Shown here: piece by piece, positions 1-9,062 of the stretch
Layout: each line of letters starts with the position of its first letter
Position numbering within the stretch: the first letter of the stretch is position 1
Source of the DNA: Chitinophagaceae bacterium
Lineage (GTDB): Bacteria > Bacteroidota > Bacteroidia > Chitinophagales > Chitinophagaceae
Assembly (NCBI GenBank): GCA_020437365.1
Contig: JAGQWM010000004.1
Location: forward strand, 3,568-67,567
Direction of reading: 5' to 3'
Length of the DNA stretch: 64,000 nucleotides
Made by a program: the position numbers and the translations under genes
The notes under the pieces: model-generated
Database searches by the model: none
The model's input: only the letters and a program-made list of their open reading frames with translations
Told to the model about the DNA's origin: nothing

Positions 1-482
1 ACCGGCGCATAATTGACGTGTACACCTAACCGTTTGCACTGTGCACCTACAGCCAATCCCATATTGTATGCCAGTTCTTCATTGTCCAACGCACCCATTG
101 TAAGCTGATACGGAAATTTAATAACACTATCCAATCGCATGCCCAGGCCATATTCTGCATCCTGTGTTATCATCAAAGGCGTTTTGGCTATACGTTGATA
201 ATAGTTAGTGAGTTTGGCTTGCCGCAATGGGCCACCCTGGAAAAAACACAACGCACCTACATTGTATTTTTTGATTTCATTCGTTACCTGTGCCACATGT
301 GCTGCTCCCAAATTGGAATGTGCCCGCACTACTATCAATTGCGCAATGCGCTGGTCTTTTGTCAAACTATTCAATACACTATCTGCCCAGGCCTCAGCCG
401 ATAAATGGCTCCGATATTGTGCCTGTACCATAAAAGGCAGAAAAACAAATAGATAGACAATGCGCTTATATTTTATCATCAT
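1..482 (-). CDS. Glycoside hydrolase family 3 (beta-N-acetylhexosaminidase-like), N-terminal part; runs off the left edge
   Basis: Not in the ORF track. Manual minus-strand translation from ATG at 482: MMIKYKRIVYLFVFLPFMVQAQ...WADSVLNSLTKDQRIAQL...QGGP...PLMITQDAEYGLGMRLD...FPYQLTMGA...LGVHVNYAPV, which is a signal peptide plus GH3 N-terminal motifs. Confidence 0.9.
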   Translation of the reverse strand, partial: MMIKYKRIVYLFVFLPFMVQAQYRSHLSAEAWADSVLNSLTKDQRIAQLIVVRAHSNLGAAHVAQVTNEIKKYNVGALCFFQGGPLRQAKLTNYYQRIAKTPLMITQDAEYGLGMRLDSVIKFPYQLTMGALDNEELAYNMGLAVGAQCKRLGVHVNYAP

Positions 483-620
483 TCTTTTTAATTTTTTTAT
501 CAATAGCGTTAAAATTAAGTCATTCTAACCGTACATTTTCTTATAAAAATTGTAACTTACTTATAATTCTTTCCCACTGAAATTTTCCTGAATCAATTTA
601 TAACTTCTAAACCTAAAGCT

Positions 621-3600
621 ATGAAGCAATTCAGTAAATTTTGCCTGTTGATTTTTTCAATAGGTTTTTTCAATTCATCAATTGTGCAGGCACAAAAATC
701 TTCTGCCAAAAAATATATACAGGAAGATTTTCACCTCAACGAAGGAACACTATCTGTGTTCTTACCTTCAGATCTTCGTGCCGGAGATGTTATTTCCGGA
801 ACCGTAGTTGTATGGCCCGACGGGAATAATGAAAAACAAAAAAACAGAAATGCCAAGTCATTAAAAAAATATTCCTTAGCCGTTGGTGGTATTCCAATTC
901 AGTTTGAAAAATCTTCTACCAACAATATTCATTTTTCCGGAAAATTAACAAAATTGAATATGCAGGTTGAGAACGAAAAAATCGGTTCCTTTTCTTCAAA
1001 AGCAATTCCGGCATTGCCAATTCCTCAACAACCTGTAGGCTTTGGTATGCCCACACATGCTTTGACTGATGCACCATTCAGCATTTCCGGGGCTTTCGAT
1101 GGCGAAGCGGCGAATACTGTTTGCCGTCTCGATGGAAAAACAATTGAAGTATTGGCCGAATCACCGCGACAAACAATTTGCCAGATGCCGGCAGCTACCA
1201 GCGGTGCACATGAATTGTCGGTAGAAGAAAACGGGCAATCAACAACCAAAAATATTGCCGCCGTGAATATGAATCTCAGTACCGGCAAATTGAATTTACA
1301 AAAAGGTGAAAGCACATTTGTGAATGTAGCGATTTCGGGTTTGCAAAATTTACCCGGCGATGCTACACTAACGGTAACCAATACCTCCACCGGAACGGTA
1401 ACCATGCAAGGAGGCAATGCACAAATAATTCCTATCACGCCGGCGGCCGCGGAATCAACCGGTAATTTTTCGCGACGCTTCAACCTGCAAAGTATTAAAA
1501 CAGGAAGTTTTACTGTAAGTGTTGATCTCGATCTTCCTGCTTCAGACAATACATCTCATATCGGTACCGCTTCAGCCGCTTTGTGCAATTGTTATATCAA
1601 CGAGCATAGTTATTTATTACCACCATCTATTTGTGCTTCACTCGGTGGAAGTGTAAACACTCCAGCAGAAAATACAAATACCACGGCTCCCATTGAATCG
1701 GTGAATCCGCCGGTCGTACAATTTTCTCAGCCGGAAGAAATAAATGCCGAAACAGGTCCCGTGAATTTACAATTGTTGGCTCCTGACAATGATATAGCTG
1801 CAGTTATTTTTTCGGACCGGCATGTTGCCGATAAAGACTGGACACCTATTGGTACAGCTACGCAAGATGGTAACAATTGGCGTTATGATTGGTTGGCTCC
1901 GGTAGGCAATGATGGAGAACATATTGTAAGAGCCAGAATTGTCAGTAAGAATAATGTAGTAACAGAAAGATTTATTAATAAAAATATTCAACTCAATCCA
2001 TCTTCTATCAATCCCTTGCCCGGTGAAAATATTGCATTGACCATTACCAGTAGTCAAATACGAGATGCCGATTGGAAAGTAAAAGGATTGGCCGAGAAAC
2101 TACGTCAATTACAGGAAAAACTGGATAAGCTGCAAAAAGAATATAATGACCTGAAAAACCAGCAAGCAGAAAATACAAATATGGCCAACGAGTTGGAGGA
2201 AATTGATAAAGTCATTGAAAAAATTCCGGGTTTGTATAAAGACTCTTTACAAAAACTAACCGATTCGTTAAATAATCTCAAGAAAAAGCTACCCAAAAAA
2301 GTAGATACAGATGCCTTGCAAAAAGCGGCTAATGATGCAGCACAAAGAGCAAAAGATTGTAAAGACAGGTTGGATAAACTGAAACAAGACAGGGATAAAG
2401 CCAAAAAAGATTTAGACGACCTCAATAAAAAAATTGAAGACTTACTGAACCAAATGGATCAATTGCACTTGGGAAATAATTGGGTAGGCGGACATGGTTA
2501 TCATGCCGATGGAGGATTCTGGTATGGCTATGTGGGCGATGAGCGGTCCAATACAAATATTTCGCCGCAGGCAAATAATCTCGCCAACCAACTCAGGGCA
2601 TTGAAGCGGCCACAAAACGAAGCCAATAACAGGTTGAACAATCTCAATAATGATATTAAAAACGCTGAAAATGATTGTGATAAACTGCAAAAAGAAAAAG
2701 AAAAAGCAGATGAAGCTTTAAAAAACGGGAAACAACATGATGCCGTTGAAACACAAATCAATGAACTGGACAGGCAGATAAAAGATTTGATGTCGTCATT
2801 AGAAAAATGGTGCGCTGCACATCCCGGCGTTTGCAATTTCGATCCTGCACTACCGGAAAGCCCTACTTCACCCCAAGCATTGCAGGCTTATCTTAATAAA
2901 CTCAATGAAATAATCGAAAAGAAAAAACAGAAAGAAAAAGATCTGAAAAATGATGCTGCACAAAATGCAACAGATGCTGCCGGAAAAAAAGACAATATAG
3001 ATAATGCAAATGGTGATAAAGAAAAACTGGAAGGTGATAAAGCCAAAGCACAGGAAGAAGCTGATAAATTGAAAGCGGCCAGAGAAAAACAATTGGAAGA
3101 AGAAAGAGAAAAACGCCGCAAAAAACAAGAAGAAGAAAAAATTAAAAGAAATGCGCCCAAGCCTGCGCCTACTTTGCCTGAACCCATCAACCCCAGTGAA
3201 AAACAAATTAAATACCAGGCCATTAGTTTATTCCGCGGTTTATACCGTGATTCATGGGTGAAAAACGGCCCTTGCCATTGTACAACAAAAGCATTGGCAC
3301 TATCCAATAATACCAACCAGGCTGCTACGCAACTTGTATTCAATATTGGGCTGGGTGTCATTTTTGCTCCGCTGGAAGCTTTTCCGGGATTATCGTTGGC
3401 TACCAAATTGGGCTTAGGTGCTGTCAAAGCATTGGGCAGTGCTTTATATGGCGGCGAAGATTTTACTAATGAACTGGCCAAAAATTTATTCAACGTCATC
3501 GGTGGTGAAATTTTTCCCAAGCTGACCGGAAGTGATATAGCCGGCAAGAATATTAACAAATTTGCCGGAAAAGGATTGGATGCCTTATTGAAAGACGAAG

Positions 3601-3812
3601 GTGTCAAATCTTTTAGTTGGGAAGGTGAAACGACTTTGCGTAATTGCGGAAAAGTAAAAGGAAAAACAACAACACTTTTTAATGCCAACACCGGTTGGGT
3701 AACCATGCTTATCAAAATAGAAGGATGTCCACTGGTTGTGGTAAAATATAAAGTCAATAAAGATGGCGTTCCTTTATCGAATCCTACACCTGTAGTCAAA
3801 CAAATCAGGTAA
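621..3812 (+). CDS. Large secreted hypothetical protein (1063 aa): signal peptide, IPT/TIG- and Ig-like domains, long coiled coil, hydrophobic C-terminal domain
   Basis: Long uninterrupted ORF. Sec signal ending VQA|Q; TIG-like segment (PFSISGAF...VLAESPRQTICQMP...G.HELSV); Ig-like segment (WTPIGTATQDGNNWRYDW...GEHIVRAR); K/E/D/Q-rich heptads from about aa 480 to 850. Confidence 0.85.
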   Translation: MKQFSKFCLLIFSIGFFNSSIVQAQKSSAKKYIQEDFHLNEGTLSVFLPSDLRAGDVISGTVVVWPDGNNEKQKNRNAKSLKKYSLAVGGIPIQFEKSSTNNIHFSGKLTKLNMQVENEKIGSFSSKAIPALPIPQQPVGFGMPTHALTDAPFSISGAFDGEAANTVCRLDGKTIEVLAESPRQTICQMPAATSGAHELSVEENGQSTTKNIAAVNMNLSTGKLNLQKGESTFVNVAISGLQNLPGDATLTVTNTSTGTVTMQGGNAQIIPITPAAAESTGNFSRRFNLQSIKTGSFTVSVDLDLPASDNTSHIGTASAALCNCYINEHSYLLPPSICASLGGSVNTPAENTNTTAPIESVNPPVVQFSQPEEINAETGPVNLQLLAPDNDIAAVIFSDRHVADKDWTPIGTATQDGNNWRYDWLAPVGNDGEHIVRARIVSKNNVVTERFINKNIQLNPSSINPLPGENIALTITSSQIRDADWKVKGLAEKLRQLQEKLDKLQKEYNDLKNQQAENTNMANELEEIDKVIEKIPGLYKDSLQKLTDSLNNLKKKLPKKVDTDALQKAANDAAQRAKDCKDRLDKLKQDRDKAKKDLDDLNKKIEDLLNQMDQLHLGNNWVGGHGYHADGGFWYGYVGDERSNTNISPQANNLANQLRALKRPQNEANNRLNNLNNDIKNAENDCDKLQKEKEKADEALKNGKQHDAVETQINELDRQIKDLMSSLEKWCAAHPGVCNFDPALPESPTSPQALQAYLNKLNEIIEKKKQKEKDLKNDAAQNATDAAGKKDNIDNANGDKEKLEGDKAKAQEEADKLKAAREKQLEEEREKRRKKQEEEKIKRNAPKPAPTLPEPINPSEKQIKYQAISLFRGLYRDSWVKNGPCHCTTKALALSNNTNQAATQLVFNIGLGVIFAPLEAFPGLSLATKLGLGAVKALGSALYGGEDFTNELAKNLFNVIGGEIFPKLTGSDIAGKNINKFAGKGLDALLKDEGVKSFSWEGETTLRNCGKVKGKTTTLFNANTGWVTMLIKIEGCPLVVVKYKVNKDGVPLSNPTPVVKQIR

Positions 3813-3841
3813 ATAAGAACTAGCTCAACTGCTTCTATACT

Positions 3842-3866
3842 GAAGGCTTCATTTTTTGAAGCCTTC
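3842..3866. terminator. Perfect 10-bp hairpin after the 1063-aa gene, probable terminator
   Basis: GAAGGCTTCA-TTTTT-TGAAGCCTTC; the U-tail is poor. Confidence 0.55.
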
Positions 3867-3891
3867 TCCATTTGGGCTCAGAGCAATTGCT

Positions 3892-3899
3892 TACATTTG
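3892..3899 (+). promoter_or_regulatory. Bacteroidota sigma70 -7 element for mutL
   Basis: TACATTTG matches TAnnTTTG; 23 nt lie between it and the GTG start. Confidence 0.7.
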
Positions 3900-3922
3900 T
3901 CAGTTCAGTAAAGAAACAGAGA

Positions 3923-5758
3923 GTGCCAGATAAAGTAACCTTATTACCCGACAATATCGCCAACCAGATTGCAGCCGGAGAAGTCATACAGCGGCCTGCC
4001 AGTGCTGTCAAAGAGTTACTCGAAAATGCAGTAGATGCCGGAGCCACATATATACAATTAATTGTTGCCGATGCCGGTAAATCTTTAATTCGGGTGATTG
4101 ATAACGGCAGCGGCATGTCGGAAACTGATGCCAGGATGTGTTTCGAACGACACGCCACATCCAAGATAAAAGATATTGAAGACTTATTTCATATCCGCAC
4201 TATGGGCTTTCGTGGCGAAGCCTTGGCTTCCATTGCTGCCGTGGCGCAGGTAGAAATAAAAACCAAAAGAGAAGAAGACGAAACAGGTGTTTGTATTGAA
4301 ATAGAAAATAGTGTTGTAAAAAAACAAGAACCTGTAGCTACACCAACCGGCACCAACCTGGCCATGAAAAATTTATTTTTTAATGTGCCGGCCCGAAGAA
4401 ATTTTTTGAAAAGTAATGCAGCCGAAATGCGACATATCGTTGAGGAATTTACACGGGTAGCCATGGCATTTCCTGAAATACTTTTTACGCTGACACATAA
4501 TGATCAGCAGCTTTTTCATTTAGAACCGGGCAATTTAAAACAACGGATTATTCAATTGTTGGGCAATGCATACAAAACAAAATTAGTAGCGGTAAAAGAA
4601 GACACCGACTACATGAATATTTACGGTTTTGCAGGCAAGCCTGATGCGGCTAAAAAAACCCGGGGCGACCAGTATTTTTTTGTCAACAATCGTTATATCC
4701 GCAGTGCTTATCTGAACCATGCGGTGATGAATGCTTTTCAGGATACCATTCCCAAAGATGTTTTTCCGGCTTATGTTTTATTCATCGACCTCGACCCGAC
4801 TGTCGTTGATGTCAATGTGCATCCCACCAAACAGGAAATAAAATTTGAAGACGAAAAAATTATTTATGCATTTGTACAGGCTGCTGTAAAACATGCTTTG
4901 GCACAATTCAGCGTTACGCCCACTTTAGATTTCGACCTTGATGCTACGATTCAACAATTACCATCCGTATCGCAGCCTTTTACCGAAGAAAAAAAATCGG
5001 CAGCAGCTGCCAGTTCTATTTTTAAAGGATTTAGCCAAAAGCATCAGGCACATTTTATTGAGAAAACTGAAAATACTGACCCGAAAGCTATCGGATTGAA
5101 GCACTGGAAAAGTTTTTATGATGATTCGTATGCCGATAACCTGGCGTCAAATCCCGAAAAACCAATTCAACATTTACCTTTCGCTCATCGCTCTGCTGCT
5201 GATTGTAAACAATTGTTGAATACGTATATAACTGTTCCTTCAGCCGATGGGTTTCTACTCATTCACCAACAGGCGGCACATGAAAGAGTTTTGTATGAAA
5301 AATATTTAATGGCCAATAAAATCCATCCTATTGCTTCGCAAAAAACGATGTTTCCCACGACAGTGGAATTGCCTCCGGCCGATGCAGCCATCATGCAGGA
5401 AATAACCGACGACCTTCATTTATTGGGATTCATCATTGAGCCATTTGGCAGAAATGCATTTGTGGTTCAAGGCTCACCAGCCGATGTAGCACAAGGCAGT
5501 GAAAAACAAACGATAGAAGATTTATTGGAACAATATAAAAATTTCAGTAGCGAAGTAAAATTTTCATCTCGTGAAAAAATTATCCGTAGCCTGGCCAAAC
5601 AACAAGCCATTAAACCGGGGACTTCGCTTTCTGTTACTGAAATGCATCAATTGATTGCTGATTTATTCGATTGTGAAATGCCTAACAGCACTGCCGATGG
5701 CCAACCCACTTATTTATCTTTTAGCAAAGAACAACTGGAAAGGATGTTTGGTAAATAA
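3923..5758 (+). CDS. mutL: DNA mismatch repair endonuclease MutL
   Basis: IAAGEVIQRPASAVKELLENAVDAGA, DNGSGM, RHATSKI, GFRGEALASI, DVNVHPTKQE, HQQAAHERVLYE. Likely GTG start at 3923 (ORF track starts 3872). Confidence 0.97.
   Translation: MPDKVTLLPDNIANQIAAGEVIQRPASAVKELLENAVDAGATYIQLIVADAGKSLIRVIDNGSGMSETDARMCFERHATSKIKDIEDLFHIRTMGFRGEALASIAAVAQVEIKTKREEDETGVCIEIENSVVKKQEPVATPTGTNLAMKNLFFNVPARRNFLKSNAAEMRHIVEEFTRVAMAFPEILFTLTHNDQQLFHLEPGNLKQRIIQLLGNAYKTKLVAVKEDTDYMNIYGFAGKPDAAKKTRGDQYFFVNNRYIRSAYLNHAVMNAFQDTIPKDVFPAYVLFIDLDPTVVDVNVHPTKQEIKFEDEKIIYAFVQAAVKHALAQFSVTPTLDFDLDATIQQLPSVSQPFTEEKKSAAAASSIFKGFSQKHQAHFIEKTENTDPKAIGLKHWKSFYDDSYADNLASNPEKPIQHLPFAHRSAADCKQLLNTYITVPSADGFLLIHQQAAHERVLYEKYLMANKIHPIASQKTMFPTTVELPPADAAIMQEITDDLHLLGFIIEPFGRNAFVVQGSPADVAQGSEKQTIEDLLEQYKNFSSEVKFSSREKIIRSLAKQQAIKPGTSLSVTEMHQLIADLFDCEMPNSTADGQPTYLSFSKEQLERMFGK
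5080..5094. repeat. 15-nt near-perfect palindrome apparently inserted in-frame in the mutL linker
   Basis: CCCGAAAGCTATCGG; its core CCGAAAGCTATCGG is one mismatch from the perfect palindrome CCGATAGCTATCGG. Removing it converts T-D-P-K-A-I-G-L-K-H-W to T-E-L-K-H-W. Confidence 0.7.
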
Positions 5759-5774
5759 ATGCAATTTATTGCAA

Positions 5775-5806
5775 GTCATTCCGGCATTGCGCCGGAATCT
5801 TTTTTT
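5775..5806. terminator. REP-like palindrome/terminator between convergent mutL and lipoprotein genes
   Basis: GTC-ATTCCGGC-ATTGC-GCCGGAAT-C followed by T7. Confidence 0.7.
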
Positions 5807-7535
5807 ATCTTGTACGTCGTATTCTAAATGCCCCGTTAATAGACTCAACAATGTTGGGATTATATGTTTCTTCTATATACTTACCTGAATATGTGCCTTC
5901 AAAAAATTCTCCTATTTGATTTGGAAAACGTGAAAGAGTTACATTAAAAGGAGGAACAATTGTATAATGAGCAAACTCCCTTTCAAGACGCATATACGTT
6001 ACAGGATAAATACCTGTTGGGTTTAACTGAAAAACCAAAGTTAGGCCATCAGCTAGACTGGCTATACCAGAAACTCCAGCAAAATCTGCGTTGAAAATAT
6101 CTCCTTCAAACCTAATAAACGGCCATTGATCATTTAAAACTGTATTGTTATATGAAATAAACTGAAAGGTTGTATCGCCACAAGCTGCAATATTTCCGGT
6201 GTTTGTAATGGGTGAAACAATTGTAAATGATTGAGGCAAACTTTGTCTTGAATCTTCTTCATCAACAGCAATTACAGTACAAATAGTTGGAACAGGAGTT
6301 ACACATTCCGATAGCCCTAAACTAAATTCACCATTCGAATTAACTTGAGCTGTCTGACTTTTATTGCCATAATTGATTATTGCATATCCATTTGTAACTT
6401 TTTGTCCCGAACATTTTATTAATTTGCCTTGCACTGTAGCAATGACAGGGTTATTTGCAGCTATTGTACCCAAATTAATGTCGCCACTGAAAGGACCAAA
6501 ATTCTCTGAATAAATCACGTTTCCACATACATTCAAAGCTTCAATTAATAATGGTTTATTCATAGGATAGTATAAATTTACTTGACCCAAAGAGTCTGTA
6601 AATCCCCAAACTGTTGTTTGCTCTCCCACAACGCTTATCCTAACATAATTATAACTAAGCGGTCCTCCAAATTGATCAATAAATGTCGCAGATAAAACTC
6701 CAGCTACTAATGGAGTATCACAATTCCAAGTTGTAAAATGTGACACTGCTCCTACATATTTATCTCCATTTTTTATAGCTGTTCCTTCTTCTTGCCAGAT
6801 TCCGGTTACTTCATCCACATACCACATACTTATTGTTGCAGGAGCCGATGATTGCACTGCAGATGGAATGGCTGTTGTTAGTGTTGCTGATTTGCTTTTT
6901 GCAATTTGCAATTTTTCACCTGATGGTGATTCCAGCTCTACCGCTAACATGCCATAAGACGCAAGTACAACCTTGTTTCCGTTTTTATCTTTGGCTAAAA
7001 AAGAACCCGGTATTGTTTTTGAAATATCAGGTCTTGTCGGATCTATGTATGCTGCATATACATTCACATCTCCATTATACACACCACCACCCGATTCTAA
7101 CGCCACTCCATTTGCAGGAAATTCAATCTTAGTTCCATTCGAAAGTGAAATTATTCCACCTGAACTATTTGTAATAGTTCCTGCAAGTTGTTTATTGACA
7201 AGTATGATTTCAATATTATTAACGCTGGTTGTCGCATTAAACACCCGATAAGTTTTAAAATATCCTTGCCTCTCGGCTGAAACAACTGTTTCTTTTTCAT
7301 TGAGCGTTGCGTCATTAATTCTAAAAAAACCTTTTACATCAGTCAAAGCAGATTTTATTCCAATAGTTATTTTAACATCAACAATTGGATTACCAGCTCC
7401 ATCCGTTACTTTACCTTTTACCACGCCATTAAATGTATTGGAACCATATACTCCAACTCCGGGTACATCGTACTTATGGCAATTCAATGCCAGTAATGCA
7501 ATTAAAATTATTAAAAAAGAATAACGTTTGCACAT
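5805..7535 (-). CDS. AT-rich putative lipoprotein with a carboxypeptidase-regulatory-like N-terminal domain and a CILP/astroprincin-like central domain
   Basis: Probable start MCKRYSFLIILIALLALN|C (lipobox); VKGKVTDGAGNPIVDVKI domain; LASYGMLAVELESPSGEKLQI...W..DE.TGIWQEEG...VSHFTTWNCD motif. Sampled 60-nt lines give 27-35% GC versus about 43% in mutL. Confidence 0.75.
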   Translation of the reverse strand: MCKRYSFLIILIALLALNCHKYDVPGVGVYGSNTFNGVVKGKVTDGAGNPIVDVKITIGIKSALTDVKGFFRINDATLNEKETVVSAERQGYFKTYRVFNATTSVNNIEIILVNKQLAGTITNSSGGIISLSNGTKIEFPANGVALESGGGVYNGDVNVYAAYIDPTRPDISKTIPGSFLAKDKNGNKVVLASYGMLAVELESPSGEKLQIAKSKSATLTTAIPSAVQSSAPATISMWYVDEVTGIWQEEGTAIKNGDKYVGAVSHFTTWNCDTPLVAGVLSATFIDQFGGPLSYNYVRISVVGEQTTVWGFTDSLGQVNLYYPMNKPLLIEALNVCGNVIYSENFGPFSGDINLGTIAANNPVIATVQGKLIKCSGQKVTNGYAIINYGNKSQTAQVNSNGEFSLGLSECVTPVPTICTVIAVDEEDSRQSLPQSFTIVSPITNTGNIAACGDTTFQFISYNNTVLNDQWPFIRFEGDIFNADFAGVSGIASLADGLTLVFQLNPTGIYPVTYMRLEREFAHYTIVPPFNVTLSRFPNQIGEFFEGTYSGKYIEETYNPNIVESINGAFRIRRTR

Positions 7536-7703
7536 ATTAGTCTCGGTTGTGGTTTTTGCCTTTAAAGTTAACTTTAAAAACAATTATCGGCAATTCATAA
7601 GACAGTTTATATTTTATAATTGCTGCTTTTGTATATCTTTTTGAAAACCAATACGATTATTTGATTTTTATTTTTTTACTCCTAGAAAATATCAGGTATA
7701 TCA

Positions 7704-9041
7704 TTAGTAATCATTCCTGATTGTACGCAAAAATTTTTCTACAGCTTTTCTTACATCTGTTGTAGAAGCATTGTGATTATTGACCAGCGTTGAAAATATC
7801 AGGTGTTTCCCTTTCTTCGTTGTTAAAAAACCACTGAAAGCAACGACACCATTCAGCGTTCCGGTTTTGGCATAGATAAATCCTTTTTCTTCTTTATAAT
7901 AATTACGAATAGTGCCTTCGCCGCCGGTTTCAAAAATCGTTTGAATGCGTGGCATACCAAATTCATCTTTCATTTTTTGTAAAATGGCAACAATATCCTG
8001 TGGTGTAAATAAATTATAACGGCTCAATCCGGAACCATCGGCCCAACTCGGCCTTTGTGGTAAATCTTTAAAATCTGTTTGTAAAATATGTTGAATGATT
8101 TTCCGGTCGTTCATTACACCGAGTAATTTCTGGCTCACCATCATCAATGATTGTTCGGCATAAAAATTATCGCTGCGATGCATCAATGGTTTCAACATAG
8201 CATCCGTTGGCTGCGAATAAATCATTACCGGGTTTGATATTGCAGGCAAATTGCCCTGCACGGGAACAAAATCTAAGGCCTTGTGCAACGTATCCGGCAA
8301 TAAAGATAACGTAGTAGAAAAACCATCGGTTACAAAAGGCATTTCCGATTTTTCAAATGGCTCATTCCCTTTTGTGATGGTAAATGTATTGTCATCTAAC
8401 CTTCGGTTGATGATTGCATTTTTTGCCTCGGCACCGGGAGCAAATTTTACATCTCTTTCAAAGAAAGAAGGAATGGTCTTTATCGATTCGCCTTGACGAT
8501 ACAAGGACATCATATTTCCATAGATAGGAAAAGGGCTTCTTTCTGCCATATAATATTCAGTATAATCGCCCCATGACCAACCCGCACCCCAATGCGTATC
8601 CTGCCAATTATCAGTTGCATATTTTACAATGGCGCCATCGGGTAGGTTTTTAAAAAAATCAAATACAGGTTGATAGCTGAACTCCTGTGTCATAAAAGTC
8701 GGGTCGCCGGTAGCTTGAATAAAATATTGATTATCCTTCACACTGTATTGCAAACCGGGTAAACTATCACCCAAATATTTCATGGCGACATAACAGGTAG
8801 AGATCTTTGTATTACTTGCCGGAATAAAATATTTATCGCTCTGAAAATTGTATAAATATTTTTGTGTAGCCGGATCGTAAATACAAATACCGACATGTGC
8901 ATTTTTTAAAGCCGGCGTTTCCAATACATCTTTTTGGGCCAGCCCGGAAATTTGTTTGCTGACGGAACAAGAAGATGTAAAAAAAATAATTAAAATAAAA
9001 ATCCAAATTGCGTTATCCTTTTGTAATACGTTTTTTTTCAT
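7704..9041 (-). CDS. dacB: D-alanyl-D-alanine carboxypeptidase/endopeptidase (PBP4, peptidase S13)
   Basis: PASNTK (SxxK), HRSDNFYAE (SxN), DGSGLSRYN, AKTGTL (KTG). Confidence 0.93.
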   Translation of the reverse strand: MKKNVLQKDNAIWIFILIIFFTSSCSVSKQISGLAQKDVLETPALKNAHVGICIYDPATQKYLYNFQSDKYFIPASNTKISTCYVAMKYLGDSLPGLQYSVKDNQYFIQATGDPTFMTQEFSYQPVFDFFKNLPDGAIVKYATDNWQDTHWGAGWSWGDYTEYYMAERSPFPIYGNMMSLYRQGESIKTIPSFFERDVKFAPGAEAKNAIINRRLDDNTFTITKGNEPFEKSEMPFVTDGFSTTLSLLPDTLHKALDFVPVQGNLPAISNPVMIYSQPTDAMLKPLMHRSDNFYAEQSLMMVSQKLLGVMNDRKIIQHILQTDFKDLPQRPSWADGSGLSRYNLFTPQDIVAILQKMKDEFGMPRIQTIFETGGEGTIRNYYKEEKGFIYAKTGTLNGVVAFSGFLTTKKGKHLIFSTLVNNHNASTTDVRKAVEKFLRTIRNDY

Positions 9042-9062
9042 TGCATATTTTTTTGAAATGTA

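Noticed and set aside
195-456. Two short plus-strand ORFs at the left edge
   Set aside because: They lie antisense to the GH3 gene, which has clear family motifs
2888-3871. 327-aa minus-strand ORF, plus other antisense ORFs over the 1063-aa gene
   Set aside because: Shadow of the plus-strand gene; its F/S/L-rich composition mirrors the K/E codons and it has no motifs
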